Part shown: piece by piece, positions 24,820 to 36,400 of the stretch
Layout of the letters: every line of letters begins with the position of its first letter
Numbering within the stretch: the stretch's first letter is position 1
DNA from: Eledone cirrhosa
Taxonomy: Eukaryota
NCBI GenBank assembly: GCA_964016885.1
Contig: CAXHJY010001336.1
Span: forward strand, 1 to 43,989
DNA length: 43,989 nucleotides
Direction of reading: 5' to 3'
Notes under the pieces: model-generated
The model's input: the letters and a program-made list of their open reading frames with translations, nothing else
The model's database searches: none
What the model was told of the DNA's origin: nothing
Program-made: the position numbers and the translations under genes

Positions 24820-25212
24820 TTCTTTGAGAACATGTCTTAATAGCTCTGACTTTGAGAACATGTCTTTTAATAGCTCTAACTTTGAGGACATGTCTTTCAA
24901 TAGCTCTAACTTTGAGGAAATGTCTTTCAATAGCTCTAACTTTGAGGACACGTCTTTCAATAGCTCTAACTTTGAGGACATGTCTTTTAATAGCTCTAAC
25001 TTTGAGGACATGTCTTTTAATAGCTCTAACTTTGAGGACATGTCTTTTAATAGCTCTAACTTTGAGGACATGTCTTTTAATAGCTCTAACTTTGAGGACA
25101 TGTCTTTCAATAGCTCTAACTTTGATGACATGTCTTTCAATAGCTCTAACTTTGATGACATGTCTTTCAATAGCTCTAACTTTGAGGACCTGTCTTTCAA
25201 TAGCTTTAACTT
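24820..25212. repeat. 30-bp minisatellite, ~13 copies
   Basis: Unit AATAGCTCTAACTTTGAGGACATGTCTTT(C/T). Confidence 0.97.
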
Positions 25213-25259
25213 GTTCTGATTATCATTTCTTTTCAGATAAATGATAACAGACATCAAGC

Positions 25260-26210
25260 TAACTCAGTAAAAGAAAAGACACGCTGTAATCATTGCCTTA
25301 AAGACACATCATAGTGATTTAGAGATTGCTCACTTCCTGAAAGTTACATGGTTATTAGTTGCAAATTTTTCAAAAGCTGGAAGTCAGTGACTGGGGTTTT
25401 ACAGTGGTAGCTAGACATAAAACACCTGCTAAGGGTCCTATTACCATCAGAACATCCAATTTTGTATGAAAGATGCAGAAAATTACCAATAAGAACCCCT
25501 GAAAGTCAATTAGTGCCATTGCTAAGGAGCTCAAGGTTTCAAGGCACACAATAGGAAGAATTGTTCATGAGGACCTTTGCTACAAGTCATAAGTGATGCA
25601 GAGAGAGGCCAATCCATGTTTGCAAAGACAAAAGATAACTGTCTGATCTGCACAAAGCACTTGTTGGGCAAGTTGAAACATCAAGAGCCTGGAATGCTTT
25701 GGTTATTCTCTGATGAAAAACACTTTGATCAGGACCAAAAGGTCAACTGAAGGAATGATAGATGGTCATGCAGAGACCCTAAAGATGTTCCAATGGTCAT
25801 CCACCCAAACTTTCTGACAACTGTGATGGTTCTGGGAGTCATGAGCAAGAAGGGAGATGTCATGCCTTCTCACTTCTTTCCTTAGGGTTTAGGGGTTAAT
25901 GCTGCTGACTACAAGGAGGTGTTGGAGAAAGTTGTGAGACCTTGGATAGAGAGTGTGAGCAAGGGAAGACCATACACCTACCAACAAGACACTGTGCCTT
26001 CTCATAAGTCCAAGATGACCCAAGAATCAATAAGTTACAATCTCCACAATAATATCACCCCAAATAAATGACCTCCTAGCTCTCCAGACCTGAATCTATT
26101 AGACTACTACGGGACATAGTCAAGAGGGAAGTCAATTAATGCCCTCATAACTTTATAATATCACTGAAGTTTGCCTTAAGTAGCACAATGTCCAACATTA
26201 ATGTTAATAA
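25260..26210 (+). pseudogene. Decayed Tc1/mariner-superfamily transposase, probably DD37D (maT)
   Basis: Manual translation: IAKELKVSRHTIGRIVHEDL (HTH), WLFSDEKHF, VMVLGVMS, YQQDTVPSH, PPSSPDLNLLDYY; multiple stops. Confidence 0.8.
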
Positions 26211-26585
26211 CAGATTCACTGAGAGGGGAGTCAAGAGGAGTCTCAATAATATCTAAGTCAATACTCTCTCAAACATTTTCTTTTAACACTTATGTGTCTT
26301 TTACTAGAACTAAACAACTCCGTACTGTCACTTGTTCTATCAAGTTTGTTGTATAGTCACAAGCTGTGACTATCAGGTCTTTTATTTAGACGAGCTGATG
26401 TCATAGAAATTCCAGTTTAATAAGAAACAATCACCAATTATTAAAGATCAATATCACATTTCAAGTGTTTATTTGTTATATATGCAAGCGTGGAAGATGG
26501 ACGTTAAACGATGATGATGATATATATATAATCAAAGAAATTGATGAAAGGAAAGCAAGCCATTAAAATATATTTATAAGAAGCT

Positions 26586-26905
26586 CTTACACATGTTACA
26601 CCCAAGTTGGACTCCTCAGAGGCTTACACATGTTACACCCAAGTTGGACTCCTCAGAGGCTTACACATGTTACACCCAAGTTGGACTCCTCAGAGGCTTA
26701 CACATGTTACACCCAAGTTGGACTCCTCAGAGGCTTACACATGTTACACCCAAGTTGGACTCCTCAGAGGCTTACAAGAAAATAAAGGATTTAATAAAGA
26801 ACCCTGATGTTTAATAAAGAACCCCAAGTTGGACTCCTCAGAGGCTTACAAGAAAATAAAGGATTTAATAAAGAACCCTGATGTTTAATAAAGAACACAG
26901 ATGTT
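26586..26905. repeat. 37-bp minisatellite (5 copies) followed by a 72-bp duplication
   Basis: Unit CTTACACATGTTACACCCAAGTTGGACTCCTCAGAGG; CCCAAGTTGG..TTTAATAAAGAAC repeated. Confidence 0.93.
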
Positions 26906-27597
26906 TAATTTTTAGCCCACCGTTTTAACACATGCCAGGGCGCAGTGTAAAAGGCCCTGGTGCTATGGTGTTTGAGTATTATCCGGGGTCCATCTATAGA
27001 ACGACTGTTGTAGTCTATGGCCGCAATTGATGACGGTTTCGGCTCGACTGTTGATAAGATCAGGGGGCGCTTGCACTATATATATAATTCCCTACAGATA
27101 AAACTTTATTCTGACCACTCTAACACAATACAATATTTACACAAATTTTATTATTTTCTTACCTATATATTTTTTTATCTATTTTTTTTATCTACTTTTT
27201 CTTTTTCTTTGGTTCCATCTATATTTCTCTACTTGTTATATTTTTAGAACAAATTATTCCTCTTGAACAAAGAAATAACAAATATTTAGGATTGTTCTAT
27301 ACTGTTCTACTGGATATAACACACTGATATCTGCACCCCTTTTCCTCCAACTTTAATCTTTCTTGACCGTCCACACTTTTCTGAAATTTCTATACAATCT
27401 GTCTAAATTCCTTTACACTCACAACTTTCTTTTCTTAAAGGTCATTCGATACCTCATCCCCTGACTGCTAATTTATTCATCTACTACTACCAGCTTAAGG
27501 ATCTATATTGCCCCTTCCTATTTTTACTATTGGACAATCTCAACCCTGTTCTTAAAATGTTACTTATTCATACATGTTTTTATATTCTTCAATAAAC

Positions 27598-27746
27598 AAA
27601 ACTCATTATATCTGAAGACAGTGGGTAGGGAAGCCGTATGTATATTTTCTTACTTTCATAATTTGTAATATATTTTACATAGATCACTAATAGAATGAAC
27701 ATACGGAGAACTACACCCCAGAAACGATCGTAAAATAATGAGTTTT
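27598..27746 (+). ncRNA. Type I hammerhead motif with ~100-nt stem II insertion, base of stem II decayed
   Basis: AAAACTCATTATAT-CTGAAGA-[..CCGTATGT..ACATACGG..CTACACCCCA]-GAAA-CGATCG-TA^AAATAATGAGTTTT; stem I has 13 of 14 positions paired; palindromic stem III ACGATCGT. Confidence 0.7.
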
Positions 27747-28068
27747 ACTATGAATTACTTGTATTTTGTTTAATTTCATTGTTTTCACTATTTGTATTAT
27801 ATATATATATATGTATATATATAACAAATAAACACTTGAAATGTGATATTGATCTTTATATATATATATAAAAATATATATACATATATATATGGAGGCC
27901 AAGTGGACGTATAGGCGCCACGGTAAAAAAGCACCCAGCACTCACTGTAAATGAGGTTGGTGTTAGGAATGGCATCCAGCTGTAGAAATCAAGCCAGAAT
28001 TAGTTCCCGTCCCAGCCTTGCAAGCAGGGAAAAGCGTATGTATGATAATGATGATGATGATATATATA

Positions 28069-28782
28069 TATAACGGCGGCGAAGATTCGAAACCGAATCT
28101 GAGCTTTCCCACCTCTGGGACAAGCCGTGGTAACTTGTTTACGCTCAAAAGACTAACCCCTTGGGAGAGGCTAAACACAGGTCAGAGGTGTTTACGCCTG
28201 ACAGAAAATAGGTCAGAGGATATATCCATCTTTCTGACTTGTTTACGCTTGGCAAACTAATCCCTTGGGAGACTAACCAAAGTTCAGAGGATATATCTAT
28301 CCTTCTAACTTCAACTCTTATAAAGACAGGGATTGTTTACGCCAAAAATAGAAAAGAAGTGGATACAGACAAGACGAGACGTTTTTACAGGCTCTCGTCA
28401 CGAAAAACCAGTCTGCCACTATTTCCCACCTTCCTGGCTGATCGCTGACTCCTGCAATACAAATAAGTAAATATACTGATACGCCGCACACACGCATTGA
28501 TAGTGAGTCCAGCATTTGTACACGTATCATTTATTTCTGTTTACACATATTATAATCGTATTCTGTGATACTTGAATTTACGTGGCTCGAAGAGCGACCA
28601 AATTATTGTATGAATATTTTGTGTCAATTATTTTATCATTCAATATTCAAATTGAATATTGTTATAAAATAAACTTTGTAACACCACAATCCTGGTATTT
28701 TTCTTTACATCGAAACCACCATACCAACAGTTACATCCACCCATCCACTTGTCGTTACAACCACACATAATATTCTGTTACA
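28069..28782 (+). repeat. 5' LTR (714 bp)
   Basis: TATAACGG...CTGTTACA; direct repeat of 33195-33903. Confidence 0.93.
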
Positions 28783-28784
28783 AC

Positions 28785-28795
28785 TGGTGACCCCG
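28785..28795 (+). promoter_or_regulatory. Primer-binding site, tRNA-Trp type
   Basis: TGGTGACCCCG starts 2 nt after the LTR; complementary to the tRNA-Trp 3' end (..CGGGGTCACCA). Confidence 0.85.
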
Positions 28796-28835
28796 TAAAA
28801 CAGACACACAACCTTCTGATCAACCACAACAAACG

Positions 28836-29717
28836 ATGTCTCTAGCACACGACGATTCATCTACGGCAGAAATGGCAGTCAGGGCGGCATTTACATTAAG
28901 GATTCCACCATTCTGGGTGCACGATCCAACACTGTGGTTCGCGCACATCGAAGCGCAGTTCGCATCGAACCGGATCGTTAGCGAGGCATCCCGTCTCACA
29001 CATCTCATCGGTTCGATGTCTCCGGAGATTTTGAATGAGGTTCGAGACCTCATTTTAGCAGCACCCGGCTCTGTATCATATGACACATTTAAAAGAACAT
29101 TAGTTAAGCAGACATCGGAGTCGCAGCAGAAGTGTTTGCACGAGCTCCTCATATCGGAGGAATTAGGAGATAAAAAGCCGACGCAACTCCTACGGAGAAT
29201 GAAGCAGCTTCTGGGTGAACATAAACTCCCGGATTAAATTTTTAAGCAACTCTTCCTTCAGCGTTTACCTTCTGCCACACAAGTTGTACTAGCATCCACC
29301 AGAGAGTCCACCACCATAGAAGAACTTGCCGAGCTGGCAGATAAGATCATGGAGGTACCACATCCGCACTCAACTTTAGCAAATGTAACGCCAGCCGTGC
29401 CTCCCACCAATCCTTTTCTTCAGCCCTCCAGTGCCACAGAGACGCCCGATCTACACCAGTTACTGGCACAGCAAGCAACACAGATACAGGCCTTGACGCA
29501 ACAAATTCGGGCCTTGTCACTGGGCAACCCTGCCACGCGTCGGTCCAACAGCCGAACTCGCCGATTTGGTGGTCGCTCAAGAAGTCCCAGCGCATCTCGA
29601 GATTCACCAGAAATGTGTTGGTACCACCAAAGATTCGGGAGATGAGCGCAAAAGTGCAGCCATCCCTGTTCATTTGTTTCGAAATCGAATCAGGGAAACG
29701 ACACAGCCAGAAACTGA
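28836..29717 (+). pseudogene. gag: gag with in-frame stops at 29235 and 29643
   Basis: IPPFW..DP.LWFAHIEAQF, LGDKKPTQLLRRM, CWYHQRFG..AQKCSHPC. Confidence 0.88.
29693..29699 (+). promoter_or_regulatory. -1 ribosomal frameshift slippery site (gag-pol)
   Basis: G GGA AAC in the gag frame; the pol frame (GGG AAA CGA) is -1 and open into the protease. Confidence 0.75.
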
Positions 29718-32700
29718 ATGCGACAGACGTTTCTGGCCCTCATAACCAAAGTCGCCTATTTTTTATTCAGGATCGCGTCACAGGCACGCGTTTCCTGGTC
29801 GACACCGGTGCTGAAGTGAGCATCATCCCGGTTTCCTGCGTTCCTGGAAAAAGGAGAGAGACACCAGCCTGGCTCCAGGCAGTGAATCACTCACATATTC
29901 CGACCTACGGAGAACAGTCCCCGACACTAAATTTGGGACTACGCCGCACTTTCCAGTGGGTATTCGTTGTTGCTAAGCTGCCGACCCCTATTTTAGGAGC
30001 TGATTTTCTTCAGCACTTCTCGCTTCTAGTGGATCTGAAAAACTAACGTCTCGTCGACAACTCCACTGGACTCACTGTGCGCGGCATAGCTGCTAGGACA
30101 GCCACAGTCAGTCCAGTCATTTCAAGATCGACAACAACCCGGCACAACCACATCATCAACAAATACACATGTAGCTCGACCACTATTCAACGCTTGCCCT
30201 GTAAAACATGATGTCACACACCACATAAAAACTCACGGCCCACCTGTCGCTGCACGACCTAGAAGGCTACCACCAGACCGGCTGAAGTCCGTCAAACAAG
30301 AATTTCAGCACATGCTGGATGTCGGCATCATACGTCCGTCCAGCAGCAACTGGTCCTCACCCATACACTGTGTACCCAAGAAGTCGTCGAACGACTGGCG
30401 AATCTGTGGCGACTACCGTGCACTAAACAACTGCACCGTTCCTGACTCTTATCCAGTGCCTCATCTACAGGACTTCTCTAGCTCGCTGCACGGGGCTCGC
30501 ATATTTTCGAAGATCGATCTTGTGCGAGCTTACAATCAGATACCCGTTGAGCCCGCAGATATTCCAAAGACCGCAGTCACAACACCCTTTGGAATGTTCG
30601 AATTTCTGCGTATGCCTTTCGGTTTGCGAAATGCAGTGCAGACATTCCAGCGATTCATCGATAGTCACCAGGGGTCTACCTTTTGTATACGCATACATTG
30701 ACGACTTACTGGTGGCCAGCAGCTCCGATGAGGAACATGAGAAACACCTGGATCTCCTATTCACACGTTTGCGTGAATATGGAATTGTTATCAACCCCAG
30801 CAAATGTGAGTTCGGAGTTGCGTCCCTTCATTTTCTGGGACACATCATTGACAAAGATGGTATTCGCCCACTTAAGGAGAAAGTCAAATCCATCATTGAT
30901 TTTCCACAACCTACATCTCTCCGCAAACTGCGAGAATTTCTTGGCCTGGTAAACTTCTACAGAAGATGTATACCCCACTGTGCAGAGACAGCCCAACTAC
31001 TCACAGATTTGCTGCGGCAGCGTACAACCCAAAACGCAAACATCAAGCTCAGCGAAAAAGAATGTACCGCTTTCGCTGAGTTGAAGAAAATGTTGTCCGA
31101 GGCTACAATGCTGAGTTACCCCAAACCTGATGCCCCAATGTGTTTATTGACTGATGCATCCGACTTCGGAGTTGGAGGTGTGCTTCAACAACTCTCTGGC
31201 GATATTTGGCGACCTGTATCTTTTTTCTATAAGTGATTAAAACCCACCGAAACTAAGTACAGCACATTCAGTCATGAATTATTGGCAGCATACCTTGCTG
31301 TCAAGCATTTTCGACACATGCTAGATGGTCGTGTGTTCTCTATATACACCGACCACAAACCACTAGTGTACGCGTTCAATGCCAAGCCTGACCGACACTC
31401 ACCCAGGGAGGTCCGACATCTGGACTTCATTTCCCAGTACACTACTGATATTCGGTACATTAAGGGTGCCACCAACTCAACAGCTGATGCCCTATCGCGC
31501 ATGGAGCTTAACATAATCCACACCACTGCCACTATCGACCTCCAGAGGATTGCAGTGGATCAACAGAATGACGAGGAACTGCTGCAACTCCGGAAATCAT
31601 CCTTGAAATTGAAGGAATGCCCGCTGCCCTCTTCTTCGGGTTATATTTGGTGCGACATCTCCACAGGCCACGAGCGCCCATACATGCCCCGGAAACATCG
31701 ACGCGACGTTTTCTCGGCAATTCATTCTCTGGCACATCCTGGCGTCCGCGCCACGCAGAAACTAATGTTTGCCCGCTTTGTGTGGCCCAACATCAACAAG
31801 GACACCGGCACATCAAAGCCCCGATTGGCTCTTTCGCAACACCTGATGCACGGTTCCAACATGTGCATATAGACATTGTTGGACCTTTGCCTCCTTCTCA
31901 CAACTACACTCATCTTCTCACCTGTGTCGACCGATTTTCTCGCTGGCCAGAAGCTTTTCCTCTGACGGATATTACTGCGGAAACTGTCGCCAAAACGCTA
32001 GTGTTTCACTGGGTTTCGCGTTTCGGCACACCAGCGACCATCACTACGGATAGAGGACGTCAGTTCGATTCGCACTTATTTACCGAGCTAACTCGTCTCC
32101 TCGGGTGCAAACACATCCGTACAACAGCGTATCACCCTGCGGCTAACGGCATGGTAGAACGCTTACACCGCCAGCTAAAATCATCTATCAAGGCTTACGA
32201 AGACTCCACTAACTGGTTCGAACACCTCCCACTCATTCTTCTTGGTATTCGTTCCACTGTTAAGGAGGGAGTCGGACATTCTCCGGCTGAAATGGTGTAT
32301 GGCACCGTACTCACTCTACCCGGACAAATGATTGCTCCTGTTTCGCCACAAGAACTTCCAAACCCTACAAAATTTGTGCACCGTTTACGGTCATCGATGT
32401 CGCATCTGTCTCCTTCAGCCCCTAAACAACAGCACGTTACTTCACACATACCAAAAGACATCGATACATGGACGCATGTTTTCGTTAGAAATGACGGTAT
32501 TCCATCGCAACTTCGTCCGCCGTATTCCGGGCCCTATAAGGTGATACAGAAATGCCCTAAGTATTTCGTCCTCGACTTGAACGGGAAACGAAATATCATC
32601 TCCATTGATCGTTTAAAAAAAGCGTTCATAGAACAGGAATTGCCACCAGTACCCACCGTTTCTCCAGCAGACTCACCAACAACTTTGTCCGACACAAACA

Positions 32701-32750
32701 CGACAAATTCTGCACAACCCCGACACACCAAATCCGGAAGAACAGTCTGA
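29693..32750 (+). pseudogene. pol: pol (protease, RT, RNase H, integrase), disrupted
   Basis: FLVDTGAEVS; [11 protein letters not shown]; [12 protein letters not shown]; YIDDLLV; TDASDFGVG; YTDHKPL; [26 protein letters not shown]; PYSGPY. Stops at 30044 and 31234; several frameshifts. Confidence 0.93.
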
Positions 32751-33180
32751 TGGCCCACGCGATACGTACAAGTTTATCGGGTAAGTACAAATTATGCATC
32801 TGGTCGACATTTAGGCTAATTTGTACATTTCAACGAATCGGCCAATTTCTGTGGTCATGAACTATTGCTACACACAAATCAATTAACTCTGTGCATCACC
32901 CACATCAAAAGAACAGACAAAAGAACATTTTTCCGTTTCTATGAAATGAACGAACTTTTAATCAACAAACTTTTCGTACGAACATTTTCAATTTTATGCA
33001 ACATCACAGTACATTTTCCTGCATGTAAATTTCTTTTGCTTTGCATGTTTTCTTTCATGTCTCCTGTTTGTAAATGACTTTGTGTTTTTTTATTTTTTCT
33101 GATTTTCTTCAACAACACACCTATTCATACCTATCTTCATTTCACATGCACCTAGATCGTTCAATCTTAGCTTTCTCACT

Positions 33181-33191
33181 GGAAGGGGGGG
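33181..33191 (+). promoter_or_regulatory. Polypurine tract
   Basis: GGAAGGGGGGG ends 3 nt before the 3' LTR. Confidence 0.85.
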
Positions 33192-33194
33192 TAC

Positions 33195-33903
33195 TATAAC
33201 GGCGGCGAAGATTCGAAACCGAATCTGAGCTTTCCCGCCTCTGGGACAAGCCGTGGTAACTTGTTTACGCTCAAAAGACTAACCCCTTGGGAGAGGCTAA
33301 ACACAGGTCAGAGGTGTTTACGCCTAACAGAAAATAGGTCAGAGGATATATCCATCTTTCTGACTTGTTTACGCTTGGCAAACTAATCCCTTGGGAGACT
33401 AACCAAAGTTCAGAGGATATATCTATCCTTCTAACTTCAACTCTTATAAAGACAGGGATTGTTTACGTCAAAAATAGAAAAGTGGATACAGACAAGACGA
33501 GACGTTTTTACAGGCTCTCGTCATGAAAAACCAGTCTGCCACTATTTCTCACCTTCCTGGCTGATCGCTGACTCCTGCAATACAAATAAGTAAATATACT
33601 GATACGCCGCACACACGCATTCATAGTGAGTCCAGCATTTGTACACGCACCATTCATTTCTGTTTACACATATTATAATCGTATTCTGTGATACTTGAAT
33701 TTACGTGGCTCAAAGAGCGACCAAATTATTGTATGAATATTTTGTGTCAATTATTTTATCATCAATATTCAAATTGAATATTGTTATAATAAAATAAATT
33801 TTGTAACACCACAATCCTGGTATTTTTCTTTACATCGAAACCACCATACCAACAGTTACATCCATCCACTTATCGTTACAACCACACATAATATTCCGTT
33901 ACA
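33195..33903 (+). repeat. 3' LTR (709 bp)
   Basis: TATAACGG...CCGTTACA; by eye about a dozen substitutions and 4 small indels versus the 5' LTR. Confidence 0.93.
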
Positions 33904-34207
33904 TATATATATAACAAATAAACACTTTAAATGTGATATTGATCTTTATATATATATCATCATCATCATCATTTCATTTTACGTCCGCTTTTTCCTTGCT
34001 TGCAAGGGTGGGACAGGAACTGATTCTGGCTTGATTTCTACACAACGACTTTGCAGTGGAATGATAGGGATCCCAGTCCCTATCATCTAATTTCTACAGC
34101 TGGAGTAATGTGAAATAAAGTGTCTTGCTCAAGGAAACAACGCATCACCCGGTCTGAGAATTGAACTCACAACCTTTCTATTGCAAAGCCAATGCTCTAA
34201 CCATTAA

Positions 34208-34255
<48 letters not shown>

Positions 34256-34497
34256 ACCGGTTGCCACATATATATCTATGACTTTATGTATATGTAAATC
34301 TTTATATTTAATAATCTCCCGTTGGGTTGAGATGCAATTGGGCGATATTGGGCTGCGCTTTCTAGCAACCAGCCTACCCGCCGTAAGCAACTAATCACAT
34401 TCTTTCTAACTTGACCACTGCCACATCACGATTCTTAACCATTTTTGAATCTATTTTTGGCGCGATCGCTTTGGAAAATTAACTGTCCAACTGAGTC

Positions 34498-34579
34498 TGT
34501 CTCCTGAAGAGTCTGTTACTCTAGGTTCATCCTTAGCAGTAGGATATCTAAAAGTACGGACGAAACCATGGTAGAGATG
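34498..34579 (+). ncRNA. Type I hammerhead ribozyme with extended stem II
   Basis: TGTCTC-CTGAAGA-GTCTGT..ATCCT-TAGCAGT-AGGAT..ACGGAC-GAAA-CCATGG-TA^GAGATG; canonical core; palindromic stem III; cleavage after 34573. Confidence 0.85.
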
Positions 34580-34920
34580 TAATTACGGTATGTACACGTT
34601 TCTTCTAAGTTTAAATTTACACCTAATTGTGTATGGTTGACGGTATATTTAGTCAGTTTCTACATGCTGTTGAAATGTTGGGTAAATACTCTATTGGGGT
34701 CACCGGGAAGAGGCCATTTTCGGTTATTTATCAAATATTTCTTCATAGAAGCCTTTATTCTTATAGCCTGGTCTAATTGATTTTTTTATATGGTTAATTA
34801 TGCTAATTGGTAGAGGAAATGGTATATATTTTATCTAATAATTCTAAGGACATGATTTATGATATATATATATATATATAACAGATAAACACTTGAAATG
34901 TGAGATATATATATATATAC

Positions 34921-36385
34921 TTTGTTGACTTGGAGAAAGCCTTTGACAGAGTCCCCCGCTCCATTATCTGGTGGGCTCTCAGAAAAACTAGGTGTTGATG
35001 AATGGCTTGTGAGAGCTATACAAGCCATGTATAAAGAAACAGTCAGCAAGGTTAGAATTAACAACGAATATAGTGAAGAGTTTAGCGTAAAAGTTGGTGT
35101 TCATCAGGGCTCTGTTCTTAGCCCCCTACTATTTATTATTGCCCTTCAGGCTATAACAGAGGAGTTCAAGACTGGCTGCCCATGGGAACTTCTATACGCA
35201 GATGATCTAACGCTCATAGCTGAACTAGAGAAGAAATTCCAAACATGGAAGCATGGCCTAGAATCAAAAGGCCTTAAAGTTAACTTGTCTAAGACTAAAG
35301 TTCTAGTTTGTAGGAAGGAAAATAGGGCACCGGTCCCATCTGGGAAATGGCCATGCTCAGTGTGTAGGAAAGGAGTAGGCAGAAACTCCATTTTATGTCC
35401 CAAATGCAAAGTATGGGTGCATAAAAGATGTAGTGGGATGACAGGTAAGCTAACTAAGAATATAGATTTTGTATGTGGCCGGTGCTCTTGTGCAATAAGT
35501 AGCAGCAAGTGCCCACAGAATACTAACTCATTCCATTGCACAGATGGTTCTATAGAAATAGTGGACACCTTCCGTTACCTGGGTGACAAAATCAGTAGTG
35601 GGGGAGGGTGCTCTGAAAGTACAGTAGCTAGAGTCAGAACGGGATGGAACAAGTTCAGAGAGCTTATACCACTATTGGCCGCTAAAGGGTTCTCTCTAAA
35701 AATGAAAGGCAAGCTGTATGATGCCTGCATAAGAAAAGCATAAACGAACTAAGGGAGAAATTAGGAATAAGATGGATCAGATGTTGTTTACTCGAGAGAA
35801 GACTATGTTGGTATGGTCACGTGATGCGCATGAAAGACGACAGCTGTATAAAAAAGTGCAGAGCGATAAAAATAGACGGTAGCCACGGAGTAGGCAGACC
35901 TAGAAAAACCTGGGACGACTTGATAATATTCCGACCTCACACACTTACACCTCTCCAAGACAATGTCACTGGACCGAGATCTTTGGCGCTACACAGTTAT
36001 ACAGAAGACCCGCCTTGCCTAAGTACAAAGCGAAACCTACAGTCAATAGGCACCTCTAACAAAATACACCCCCGTTTTACTACCCCGACTCCATCCACAC
36101 CACCCCCTTAAATGTGAAGTTATGTTGGTACCAGAACATCCAGTCCGAAACAAATGAGGTCGTGTAGGTGTCATGACAAAAAAAACACACAGTCCACGCT
36201 GTAATGTGGCCGTGTAGGTAACACGGTAAAAATCTCCCAGTCCACAATGTAAACGTGGTTAGTGTTAGGAAAACCCGCCAGACAGTCCTATACGAGCAGG
36301 ACAACCAATCTTGCCTCAAGTGGGAAAACTCCTGTCCAAACCCATGCAAGCATGGAAGATGGACGTTACAGGATGATGATGATGA
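34921..36385 (+). mobile_element. 5'-truncated RTE LINE (RT with PHD-like insertion, internal deletion, 3' UTR)
   Basis: FVDLEKAFDRVP, GVHQGSVLSPLLF, LLYADDL, FRYLGD, GRPRKTW, (GAT)n tail. Confidence 0.9.
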
Positions 36386-36400
36386 TATACATATATATAA

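Larger units (their letters stand above)
28069..33903 (+). mobile_element. Full-length decayed Ty3/Gypsy LTR retrotransposon, CsRn1-like lineage
   Basis: Two LTRs, PBS, PPT; gag-PR-RT-RH-IN order; CHCC Gag motif; inserted in (TA)n. Confidence 0.95.

Noticed and set aside
24799-25257. (KLELLKDMSS)n coiled-coil-like ORF
   Set aside because: 30-bp minisatellite open on both strands, with no unique coding flanks
27020-27070. Possible minus-strand hammerhead (CTGATCT...GAGCC-GAAACCGTC)
   Set aside because: First box lacks G8/A9 and stems I and II do not form; at best a deleted relic
34700-34750. Minus-strand ATGAAGA...GAAA motif
   Set aside because: Position 3 is A without compensation, and there are no convincing stems
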